Shown here: piece by piece, positions 37,632 to 49,103 of the stretch
How positions within the stretch are numbered: position 1 is the stretch's first letter
Layout of the letters: each line of letters begins with the position of its first letter
Source: Amphiscolops sp. MND2022
Lineage: Eukaryota
Direction: 5' to 3'
Length of the DNA stretch: 64,000 bases
Assembly: GCA_964187785.1 (NCBI GenBank)
Contig: OZ076409.1
Location: forward strand, 79,114,001 to 79,178,000
Notes under the pieces: model-generated
The model's input: the letters and a program-made list of their open reading frames with translations, nothing else
Told to the model about the DNA's origin: nothing
Databases searched by the model: none
Made by a program: the position numbers and the translations under genes

Positions 37632-40600
37632 TTAGTTAGCGCCCAAAAGTGTTCTTTTGGCAAGCGCTATCGACAAGGCGGGCTCTTCAGACAGGAGTTC
37701 TAGGCGGGGTTCTGTTGTGCCGAAAAGTTCTTGGCGGCACGCTGCTGTAGATTGGCAGTTCATCCAGTGCTCCAAAGTTTGTGGCTCTTCTTGACATTTG
37801 GGGCAGTTGGGATCTACGTTTTCTTTCATGAGGTGGGAATAGGCTTTCAAATGGCGGCAGTGTCCAGCTCTTAATTGTGCAAGCAAGGTGGCGTCTTTTC
37901 GGTTGTCTATTTGTTCTTCATCTCTTTTTTCCGAGTATCCAGCGTAGGTCCGTTTTGTTCGGTGGTGCGACGGAGCGGGATCCCTGAAGGACCGTTTGAT
38001 ACATGATAGGGCGGCTTTCAGGCTGGTACTTTCGGGTTGTTCTGTTGTGAGTTTAGAACCGTTTTTTGCTTCTTCGTCAGCTATTTCATTTCCCTTCAGC
38101 TCGGAGTGTCCTGGTACCCACTGGACCCAGATCGTTTTTTCGCTTCTGTCCAAAAATTTCCTCAGTTCTTCGGTATCTCGGGTTTGTGAGTTCAGGGCTG
38201 TGCAGAGGGATTGGCTGTCTGTGCAAATGAGTATTTCTTTATCGTAGGGGTGGTGTTTTTCCAGGATTTCTAGGCACGACAGGAGGGCTGCCTTTTCTTC
38301 GTCGTAGGATGAAGTGATGATCCTGCCTCTTTTCCTGATTATCCTGATAACTTCTGGGTTGTAGGCACTACCTCTGGTGAAAATGGCTGCGTACCCTCCG
38401 TCTGTTGTGCCGGCAATGGCTGATCCATCTGTGTAGATAGTTAAGTTGCAATTGAACGAGTCAAGGTGAGATATAACTTCATTTAGAGTTACGTCTTTGT
38501 TTCGCCCGTTGACTGTGACGTTGGAGTGCCAATTGCTGGAGCTCAGCCATGGCGGGTGGTTCACTTGCACTGTTTGTCTTGGGTTCAGTATGGCTGTTGG
38601 AAGGGTTTTGTTGAGTTCCTCTGATTGCCTTCGCCAGCTGCTTCTTTTAAGTCTGTTTGGTGCTGGCCTGTACAGAATTTGGGTGCGTGGATGATCAGGT
38701 GGGTTTCTTGATGCTTTTTGGTATGATGAAGCTATGAGTCGGTTGCTGTGAGTGCGGTAGCTACTTATGCCACTTTCTATCTGCAGTGCCTCGATTGCAG
38801 TGGAGCTGCACTGTCCAGTTATGGCGCGGAGAGCTTTGTTCTGTGACCGCTCCAGTTTATCGAATTGTGTTTGACTCAGGTTAGGTTGCCATGCTGGTGC
38901 TGCGTAATCTAGGACACTTCTCTGGGTGGCAATGTATATTTTCCGAAGTGTCTTTTTCTGCCAACCCCAGTCACGGGTTGCTACAGCGCGTATTAAGTTC
39001 GTGCGTTTGGATACCTTTTGGGAGATTTCCTCAGCGTGGGGTGCGAAGGTGAGACCCCTGTCCATTTTAATCGCTAGGAACTTTGGAGTGGGGTTGAAGG
39101 GCATGACCTCATCATTCAGTCTCAATGTAGGTTTCCATCTGGCTTCAGTGGTCCCGGAGGCAAAGAAGGTGCCTTCGCATTTTGTTTGATTTAGGCTGAG
39201 CTTGAATTTTCTGCTCCATTCTGCCACGTGATCGATGGCTTTCTGGACTCTCTCTACGGCTTTTTCTTTGTTGTTGTCACATGACCATACTGAGAGGTCA
39301 TCTACGAAAAGGGCGTGTTCCGCGGGTAGGTTTTTCGTTACTTCGTCAATAAAAAGGAGAAACAGAAGGGGGGCTAGCACAGATCCTTGGGGAACGCCCT
39401 GTTTTATTTTGTGACTTCTACTCTTTGCTGAACCATATAACACTCTGGCTTGGCAGTTATTCAAGAAAGCGGCAATCCATCTGATGAATTTTGCTGGGAT
39501 TCCTTTCTCTGATAGTATGATCAGTAGACTCTCTCTCCATACTGTATCAAAGGCTTTTGAATAATCGAAGAGAGCCATGACTGTTCTCTTTGGCTTTTTT
39601 TTCTTGAAAACCATCGTCAATGGCTTGGGTCAGACGTGTTATTAGGTCTTCGCAGCATCGGTTTTTCCTGCCTCCGCACTGTGCATTGCTCAAGAGTCCG
39701 TTTGTTTCGACGATGTGGATGAGTCTGGTGGCAATCATTCTCTCCAATAATTTGACTAAGCATGAAGTGAGGCTGATAGGTCTGTATGAGGAAATTTCAG
39801 ATGCTGGTTTGCCCGTTTTTAGCAGGGGAATGATTGTGGCATTCTTCCATTCTTGTGGGCATACTCCTTGGTCCCAGGAAAGGTTGAACAGCGCTAACAG
39901 TTCTTCTCTTGCTTTCGGGCCAAAGGCTTTTATGAACGCGGGTGTTATTTCGTCGGGACCAGCTGCTCCATTTTTCCTCATGCTTCTGATCGCTTTGTTG
40001 AGTTCACTGGCTGAGAAGCTTTGTGTGCTGCTGTTGTCTACCGATGGGGCGTTCACGATCTTTTTTGAGAGTCTGTTTTCGTTACGTTCTTCCTTGTTAA
40101 AGGTCAATTTGCTCTGACGGGCATAATAAGCTGCGAAGGCGTCCGCTTTTTTGATGTTGCTGTGGAGGACGCGTTTGTTGACTGTCAGGGCCTCGTTTGG
40201 TTGTGAAGGTGGTGTTGTGTTGCCGATAGAATGGAAGACACGCCAAAGCTTGCTGGGGTCAGTGCTGAACTCCGTTTCTTCAATAAAAGATCTCCAGCTG
40301 CGTTGTCTTTCCGTCTCAATTTCTTGATGTACCTTTTTGCATGTTTCAATCCATTCTTGGCGGTGCGCACGTACCATCCTTCTTAGCTTGTTCCGCTGTT
40401 TGATTAGAGTTTTGATAGCCGGAGTTAGGTAGCTCTTTGTTTTCTTGCCTGGTTTTGTTCGGGGGACCGTTTGTTTTGCTGCGCTGATGACCGCCTCTTG
40501 GAAGTTCTTGATTCTCTTGATGGTGTTGTTTTCTGTACTATCTACCTTTTCTTCTAACAGTTCGCTAAAGGCAGATAGGTCAGCGTTTTTCTTCCATCTC

Positions 40601-42170
40601 GGTTGTCTCTCAAGGGGCTTCATTTTTTGCATTTACAGAGGAGTGTGGTTGTTGACGGCAAGTGGTCTGAGCCACCTATGTCTTCGTTTGTGGTCCACTG
40701 TATCCTGTTCAACCACTGCGATGGCGCCAGGAAGACGTCTGGCGTGCTCTCATTGCCGGTGGCTCGGTTGATTCTGGTTGCTGAGCCATCGTTGGCGCAG
40801 TATAAGTTGCTGTCCGATAGCCACTCTTCTATCCGTTCTCCTCTGCTATCTGGAGGTTGCTTTGGGTCCCACAAGGCTGAATGGCCATTCATATCACCAG
40901 CGATGAAACAGGATCTTGATGCTGGGATTTGATCCGTGTAGATGACTTCTTCACCATTGTCGCGGTTTGGGGCCATGTAGACGTTGCTAATTGTGAGCCA
41001 TTTTCTCTTGTCAATTCGGACTCTGAAGGAGATTGACTCAACAATACCAACAGTTTGTTTTCCCTTCGGTATCTCCGAGTATGGGATGCTGTGCTTGATT
41101 AAGCAGAGTAGTCCACCGCCATCCCCTTCTCTATCGTACCTAATGGGAGCGTAGCCTTCGAAAGTGGGCGTTTTGTTCTTTTGCTTGTACTTTGTTTCTT
41201 GAATCAGTGCTATATCGATTTGTTCTTTTTCAGCCTCTCGTTAAGCTCAGGCCATTTAGTAGACAAGCCGTCAGCGTTCCATTGGAGGATCTTTAATGAG
41301 CTTTTGACTTCTCCTTGGAAAGGTTGACTTGATTCGATGGCATCATCCAAGGTTGAGGTTGTGGATGGAACGGGGGCTGGAGGTGATGAGCACTTGTCGC
41401 ACTTCCATTCTTGTAGGCAGCAGAGGATTTCGATCTCGTCCCTGGTGTGACCCGACCTTGTGAGGCAAGACTTGTGGAAGGCGCCATCGCAGGAGGAGCA
41501 TACCAGAGGGGCTGTATTTTTTGCAATGGTCCTCTTGCATATGCTGCAGCTAGTGCGAACTTTTTTAGTTTCTGTTCGTCGCTGCAGTGAGGCAACCGTT
41601 CTCCCTGCGATTGTGAGTTTTGCGCTGGTTGAATGGGTTGGGCACATCCACTGTTCTTTACTGTATCTGCTGATTGTGCTGCAGTCTTGTTTCTTGTGGC
41701 AAGTTTGTTTGCAACTTTTGGCAGTGCATTGAAGGGCCGGCGTGCCTACTCTCAGGGGTTCGTTGCAGACTGAGCATTTGTCCCCTCTTTTCGATAGGTA
41801 CGTTGGGTCCGGGTCCTCCGGGTGTTCTCCATGTGCGTGGCATGTCCATTCTTGTGACCTGCTGTACCGCGAGAGACCACTGCATTTTTGTTGCTTGTGC
41901 GTGATGTTTCTGCAGAGCTTGCACTTGAAGTGTGGACGGTCTTCGCCAATTGGTTTTTTACATTTGTGGCACTCTGGGCCAGGGTTTAGTTCAATGTCTC
42001 CGGCCAGTACTAATAAGAGGGGAGCGTAGGCCGGTTTGGCACTCCCCTTCTTCAAAAACCCCGTTTGGTGCCAGTGTGAAGGTGAGCCTTGTCGATTTCC
42101 ACTGCTTGGCGTGTTCGTCTCCTTTTTGGGGAGTCTCTTGGTCGCCACGTTGAGGCCACGCCATTTGACC
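37632..42170 (-). pseudogene. LINE polyprotein: 2A motif, 3 PHD-like fingers, AP endonuclease, RT, RNase H, C-terminal CxxC...HxxxC; about three frameshifts
   Basis: APE: ILQWNADGL, GDMNGH, SDHLP. RT: QGSVLAP, FVDD. RNase H: YTDGS, TDSQS, WVPGH, GNEIAD. C-terminal CPKCQEEPQTLEHWMNC. Frameshifts near 41220, 40625 and 39605. Confidence 0.9.
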
Positions 42171-42173
42171 AAG
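42107..42173 (-). ncRNA. HDV-like self-cleaving ribozyme at the LINE 5' end
   Basis: CUUGGUC(P1) AAA UGGCGUG(P2) GCC(P3) UCAACGU(L3) GGC(P3') GACCAAG(P1') AGA CUCC-CCAAAAA-GGAG(P4) A CGAA(J4/2) CACGCCA(P2'). The first P1 base abuts the TSD. Confidence 0.88.
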
Positions 42174-42810
42174 ACTGTTGATGCAGAGGGAACTAATGCA
42201 CACTGCAACAAAATCGCATAAACTGCGAATCCATTTTTTTTCGTTGTAAACCTTACAGAACCCCTCTTTCAATAAATTAAATTGAGTTAAAATTGAGTTA
42301 AAATTTCTTTGAGTTGAATTGGAACATGACAAAAATTGGGGGAAAACACGACCGATACGTTTGTTTATTCATGCTTGACATAAGATGTAAAGTCTAGGCG
42401 TCCTAAACGTTACTTCTAAATCATCAAGTAATTCAATGAACTATCAACGTCAGTTAAATTTTGATGAGAAAAATCAACTTCTAGCAATGATTTTCCTTAT
42501 TCTTTATGGTTTGATCATGTAGCAAGCACTTTGATTTCAATCTCAGTTGGTGAATCCAAATGTTTCCATGTAGAAAATGACCGGAATTTTTGATAACAAA
42601 TTTATTCCACATATCGTTTGGTATCAAAAACATATGAAAGACCCAAAGTCATGATTGAAGAAAAAGGTCTATTAAAAAATTCTAACGAAAACTGAATACA
42701 TTTGGATGAGTCAAGAAGAACGTTGTCAATGTCAAGGTTACATTATTCACATTTCTAAGATTAAAATGTCTCATTTTCGTTTATCAATCATTCCAGGGGC
42801 TTCACAAACA

Positions 42811-45800
42811 TTATAAATAAGGAGTCTCTTGCTTGTTAGCATCTCCAACTTGATTATTTTTCTTTTTTCTTCGTCCCATAAAAAACAGGCCTATAGTCAT
42901 TCCAATCCACTGCAGGAACTCCAACACTGATAAAATACTCCACCCTAACCATAAACCCAGATTACCCCCAATAGTCCCGAACAAAGTAGACAAATTATAC
43001 TTGGGCGACTCTTTGATTCGCTGGTACACCAAAGTCTCGAAACTTATCTCAACTCGAGCAAAATTGTCTTCGACTCGCTCTTGCAGAATGCTCTTTGCCC
43101 ATTCGTCATTGTAAGCTTGGGACAATGCCGTGTTGATGAATTTCCTAACTTTACTTGAGTTTGATTTCTTCATCAGCGATATAAAGTGGGCCGTGTAAGC
43201 TGCTGAGGGCCATAACGCACTTGACAATGTTGACCTGTAAGATATGTCGGAACAAGAGTTTGGGCAACCACACGAACGTTGTCCTTCGTTGAACTCATCA
43301 AAAACCGAGGTTAAACAGTTGTAGTCAACATTATTCCATACGTCACAGTTGCTCTTAGCCTTTTCCTGAATATCGGAGTTATCGGTGAAATTCCAATCGA
43401 ACGTATCGGCACAGCCGCAGACTTCAGCCAGTGTCTTTTGGTAGCAAAGATATTTGCAAAACTCCAAAGTATACCGATATTTCTTGTAAATAGAATTAAG
43501 TTCCAAGAAATCGGGCCAGGTCTCGGCACAATCAGAAAAAGGGTCGCTCCGTCGTAAAACTGTTTGTTGACGAATGGAGATAGTAGTTGCAGAGCCAGCA
43601 TTAACTTGCATGCCTTTCGTCAGAAGAGGCGGGTACTCGTCCGAATTATGTAATACTACCCTGACACCCGTCTTGTGACCCATCACCCCTAAATATTCAT
43701 CAGCTTCCAAGAACAACGAAAGAGCCAGGCCATTTTCAGAACCAACTTTTGAAGTATACCTGGCCTCTCCTAGATACTGGGATTTCCCTTGGGCGTTGAT
43801 GACTGAGTTGAAACTGAAACAGTTTCCGTATGAAACGTGCTGAAACTTGTGAAACCAAGTTATGTCGCAAACTTCGCCGTCAAAAACGCACTGCACGATG
43901 AAATCTTCCTTCTGATGTCCATTTCCAACTAGCTCGTCTTGCGTGAATTTTGTAAACTTCCTGAAGTCAGAAAAGTCGGGCATTTTGGAGTTTTTATACA
44001 CTGAGTACCAGTCATACATATCAATGTCGTTGAACTGTGAGAATTCATGGCTGATTGGTGGTTGGGGCTGAGGTGAAGCTTGGTGGTTTTGATTCGGCTG
44101 TTCTTCAAAGTATTCGGTATAAGAGGGGGGTTCTGTGTTATAGTATTCTGACTCATAAGTTTCAGAGGTTCCTATAATATACAAAAGGTACTTTCTCGTG
44201 AACAAATATGCTTATAAACCAGTCAAAGTGCTGATCATTAGATTTAATTGATTTTTATTTAAGAAAAAAATCAATTGATTTCGAAATAAAAATTGAAACA
44301 TTACAAACAACATTTGCCTAACAAATTATCATGAATGACATTTTTTCAGTGTTGTAATTAGTTTCAATAGCATCACTACTGGGGGAAGAACTTTTTTACC
44401 CGTTGTAATGTTTTCCTCACTTTCACCTATTTATGTTTGAGACAACCTTCGATGGGTTTTCTAAAAACATCATTACATGGTTAATTCAAAACAAATTACC
44501 TTGATCCGGACGACCATTAGTGCCCTCACCCATCCCATCAGTTCCACCACCAACAAAATCGTAGTCACAAGAAGTCGACGAAGTTATTTCATACCCAGTG
44601 TTTTCTTGAATCTGATCCTCCGGTACTGCCTCATATGTGAAAGACCAGCCTCGGGTAGTAAGGGAAGCATCAGTTGAGAACCAAACTGTCAGTTTATTGC
44701 TTTGAGAAACAATATCTCCAAAATTACACATTTGTCCGCACATTCTCGCTGTTCCATTGAAAGTGAAGAAACTAAGAGCTTCATCAGAAGTTCCTTCTTG
44801 AATTGTCAATGCATCGCACCAGCAAAGATTCTCTTCGCACAGCTCTACCGCAAACATGTCGAAAACTATTTTTATTACGTGATTCTCTGCAGCTTCGATA
44901 AAATAATACTTGTCCAAGTTGTTCATGTAGGTGTTTGGGTAGTTCGGAGACGTCACTGTTTTCGGAATCAAGTCGGCTGTGAAGGTAAAATTACCAGAGT
45001 TTGAAGTACAACCGAATTCTTCCGACTCGTCGTATCCAGGTACTACGACACAGTCGCGGACTCCGTCGCAAACTGAAGCGCAAGTTTTTTCCTCTGGACA
45101 TTGAAGGTACGAGTCCAAACAATTATTGGTATAGTTGAAGCTCGGATACTCAGGGCATATATCTGGATTCTCGTCGGAACCATGCATACAATCGGTCCTT
45201 CCGTTGCAAACCCAGCTTCCTTGTATTGGGGAGGTTGAAAATATTTTGCACCAATGAATCAGGCAAATAAAAAAATAGAATGCTTCTTTTTGCCTGCATT
45301 TATCTACTAGAAACTTTTCATCATGATTCAGTTCAAATAAGCTTTGGAAGTTTTTAGGGTTCTTGTGATGTATTGAAGACGAAGTTTTGGATGAAACTGA
45401 AAAAGCTAAACTTTCACAACCCTAGAGGTAATACTTGCCATTCCCAAAGGAAAATAAAATATGCAGAACAAGAAGCTTTACAGATTATAGCAGACCAAGT
45501 CTGATGGTTCGTTACTGGAGAATTTTTACAGAAATTCGTTCAAAGATGGCGTTTCTCCGACACCTCAAATATAGAGCAGTGAAACATATTGACTGTCATT
45601 TTGGTTGGAAAAGTAAAATTTGGTATTCATAAAAATATTTTCAATATCCATGCCTGGGATCCAATTGTTATCATAGTCACATTGATACAGACCCAAGGAA
45701 GCAAGAGCTGCGTAGTTGCGATTTGATGGCGGGAGAATTTCTTGGTATACATAATCCGACAAAGACGCCAACTCATTGTATTTTGGAATCCTTGAAATGG

Positions 45801-46224
45801 AACTTTTTTTCACAATATTGTTATTACATATAGTGACTGCCGGAAACTCCAAAGAGTTTGACCCGGTTTCGATTGTGACTTCTACGTTGACAGGGTGAGA
45901 ATAGTAATCCTTAAAGGTCAAAACGGCTTGTAGGGTCAATATTGCTACAAAGAACAGGTAAAAAGATATCCATATCACAGAAATGAAAGCTGAATTACCC
46001 AAAATCTGAGGCATAGTGTTGCCGATGAAACTTTTCGTCATCATGGTTAGCTTCTCTGAAGTTCGCATCGTACTCAATGACTCATCGTGGTTTTGATGCT
46101 TCAAATTTGATTGCTTCATTTCCACACTACGCATATTAGATCCTGCCATATTGTCGGTCCACAAATTGGGCTTCACGAACTCTGTTGGTTCGGGTGGAGC
46201 AATCTTTGGAGAATTGGGAGACAT
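42811..46224 (-). CDS. DEG/ENaC (amiloride-sensitive channel) family protein with LDLa-LDLa-CUB in the ectodomain; exons 46224-45654, 45219-44500, 44171-42811 (883 aa)
   Basis: TM1 followed by FPAVTICNNN, YGNCFSFN, a Cys-rich thumb and TM2 GTIGGNLGLWLGWSILSVLEF. LDLa: CNGRTDCMHGSDE and CDGVRDC...DESEEFGC. CUB: TSPNYPNTY...CGQ...FSTDAS...GW. Exons sum to 2652 nt in frame with two phase-1 introns. Confidence 0.9.
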
Positions 46225-48019
46225 TCCGGCAAAATATTCAGTTATTTTTGAGCTCTAATAAGCAAGTCTCTAGGCTGCAAGAGTTTTAAGGTAATTTTGG
46301 TAATGTTTGAGAACCCGATGTTAAATAATTGAAGTTAATGATAAACCTGGGTCCAGATAATGGCGTTTGAATAATCCATATTTTTCTTTGAAAAAAATGA
46401 ATTCTGTTGTAGATTCTGTTTTGACGTCACTGATATTTTGTAACCAAGAACTGAGCAACAGGGCATTCCGGCTCTAGCATTTTTCAAAAAACTTCTAGTT
46501 TGAACCGTTCCAGTCTCTTTCCGTCAGCTGGTCAAAACGAAAAGAAACTTCAAAATCTGTAGACCAACCAAGTTATCAAAATATCGATCTAATTGAATCT
46601 TTAGACCAAGTTAACATTTTCGCCACATGGTATACTCTCTTCAAAATCCGAAACACAAATTACAGTGACTTAATTAACCTCAGCAAGGCCGAAAGTTGGA
46701 AATAACCGCTTCACGTCTAACTTCCATGCTCTGAGAAGATTCATACAAATTGCAGCAAACATTGTTACATCTGATAAATTAGCATTAAATGTGTTCCAAT
46801 TTACAAAGTAGCATTAAAGTTTCGAATTCTGAATGGTTCAAATGGAAATTTTCATGTCCGAAAAATAAAACTAGCAAGTGCTCAATGCGGATCATAAGAT
46901 CGACCATGCATGACACAAATGGAGCAAACTGTTAATGCCACGCATCTCCTCCGACCATGACTCGCACTATGCGTTTTTCCTTCATCCTCTCGCTTCAACA
47001 TGCCCAAGCAAACTTGATCAAATCTTCATATTTTTCAAGTTGGCAACACCGTATTTTGGAAAGCATGAATTTTGTAATTTTTTTTGCTAAAACATTTTAC
47101 CTTCATTCAAAGTTTTGGCAGTTCATTGCATAGAGTGATATCAAATATAAACATCGAATTGATTTCAATTGTTTAATTGTTCTTACTGTTTCCAAAAAAC
47201 TAAAAATTAGAAACACTTGCTCAAGTTTAAAAGCGAATAACAATTCTCAGAGAATTAAAAACTTCAAAATCTTAAATCATCATCGCAGATGCAAATTTGA
47301 GGATTGTAAACTTTAAGCTTGGAGAAACCGTAGCCTTGTATTTATTTTGCAATCAAATTCATTCCGAGCTTTTTATATCATTCCAATCTAATTTTTAGAA
47401 AAATGATAACATGAACGCATAAAGATAAATAGTGTTGACTAAATGAGATGCTCACCTTGCAACTTTTCTGGTTTTTCAAGAACCTTTTGAATATTTGACT
47501 GGAATGTAACAAACTGAGAAGAGTCAATAACGAAGAGTAAAGAAAAAAGTTTGAAAAATTGTTTTCAAGACCCTCACAGTGCAAAATACCTTGAAACTCT
47601 TGAGGATAATCTTGCATATTTCAGGAGCTTTTGGTAAGAATCTTGAGAAGATTTTTACCAAGAGCACCATCAATCTTCAAGATCTTGCTAAGAGTTTTAA
47701 AAAACGCCATCTTTTTTGACCAAAATGTAACGAAAGCAGTTTTTTGTATAGAAAAAACTCTTAGGAAACTCTTAGAATTACCAAGAATTGTGTCCGAAAA
47801 TGCTAGAAAATACAAAACCCAGACCGGAAAAAAAAGCAAGAGTATAACGATACTTGATTAAAATCTAGCCAATCGAAGAAAAAACAATAGCATCAAGTTT
47901 TCAGTTGTAAATTTTGAAGCCACATGATTTATAAGCACCGAAATATGAATCTAGGGAAACTCGTCGAAAAAAGATCGCCGAAAATTTTCCAGCGGAAAAC
48001 TCGTGGCAAGAACAGATAA

Positions 48020-48452
48020 TAATCTCTTTCGCATTTTTTAACATCCATTCTGTCGCGAAACATCAAAAAATTGAAGGGGGAGCTTTGGTGAATTTTATTT
48101 CGAAAAATAGTCTCACAATGCCGAAAAACGGAAAGAGGGGACCCTTTGGGATTTTTCAACATCCATTCTGTCGCATAACATCAAAAAATTGGAAGTTTTT
48201 TTCGATAAAAACTCTCATAATGCCAAAAAACGGAAAGGGGGGCCCTTTAGTCTTTCCCGGTATTGTATGTTACGCGCAAAAAGAGGAAAACTTTTTTGAT
48301 TCAGTTCGCTAGGCCAAATGATTCAATTTGGGACCATGAAATTTTGTAGAACTTTTAACAACTATTTTGGTCAGTTCGTGTGGATTGAAAACAAAATTAT
48401 AAATGCGTCACTATAATAGTCGCGTTTCACTTCATGAAGCGCTGACTAAAAA
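48020..48452 (+). mobile_element. Partial HINE-like repeat copy, flanked by TCGTCGAAAA/TTCGACGAG-rich repeat sequence
   Basis: GGGGACCCTTTGGG motifs and the end CTATAATAGTCG...AAGCGCTGACTAAAAA, as in copy 1. Confidence 0.5.
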
Positions 48453-49103
48453 ACTATATTGTGCCTAAAACTGAAAATTTCAAGCATTAATTAATGAAAA
48501 TTAATCCCTCCCTTTTAGCACTGGATAATCCGTGTGGGTAATTCGTAATTATTCGACGAGGTTGTACTCAATTATTATTCGACGAGTTAATTTTCGACCA
48601 GTTTTCCGCCCTTCAATTTCGACGATATGTTTTCGACGAGTTGCATTCGGCGAGTTGTTTTCGACGAGTTTTCCGCGTACCGCGAAATACAATTCAAATC
48701 ACTGACATGGGACCAAAAAAAGTCGGAAATTATATAAAACACTGCAATAAGGTCTAAATACACTTGGAATAAGATATAAAAAGTCAGGAATAAGATCTAA
48801 TAGCACTGCTACATCTAGAATCTCTACAAAAATATGCTCTTCTAAAAGAGACACAGTGGCTATCAAGAGACACAGTGGGACTGTGGCATTTTTCGTTGTC
48901 TGTTACAACAGAAAACTTCCAACGGAGAACCCTTCAGGGTAAACAACAACTTCTTCCTAACTGAAAATATCACAAAAACCCGATATTGTGGTTTGTTACG
49001 AAACATTTTTGTTCGAAAAAATCACACAATGCCGAACTTACCTAAAAGTGAAAACCTCCTTTATGATCACTATATCAATAAACTTAAAACATTATATTAC
49101 ACA

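Larger units (their letters stand above)
37611..42173 (-). mobile_element. Full-length non-LTR retrotransposon, Ingi/I-group-like
   Basis: 11-bp TSD ACTGTTGATGC at 37600-37610 and 42174-42184. (AC)8 3' tail at 37611-37626. One long frame encoding PHD-APE-RT-RNase H-zinc knuckle. Confidence 0.95.
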
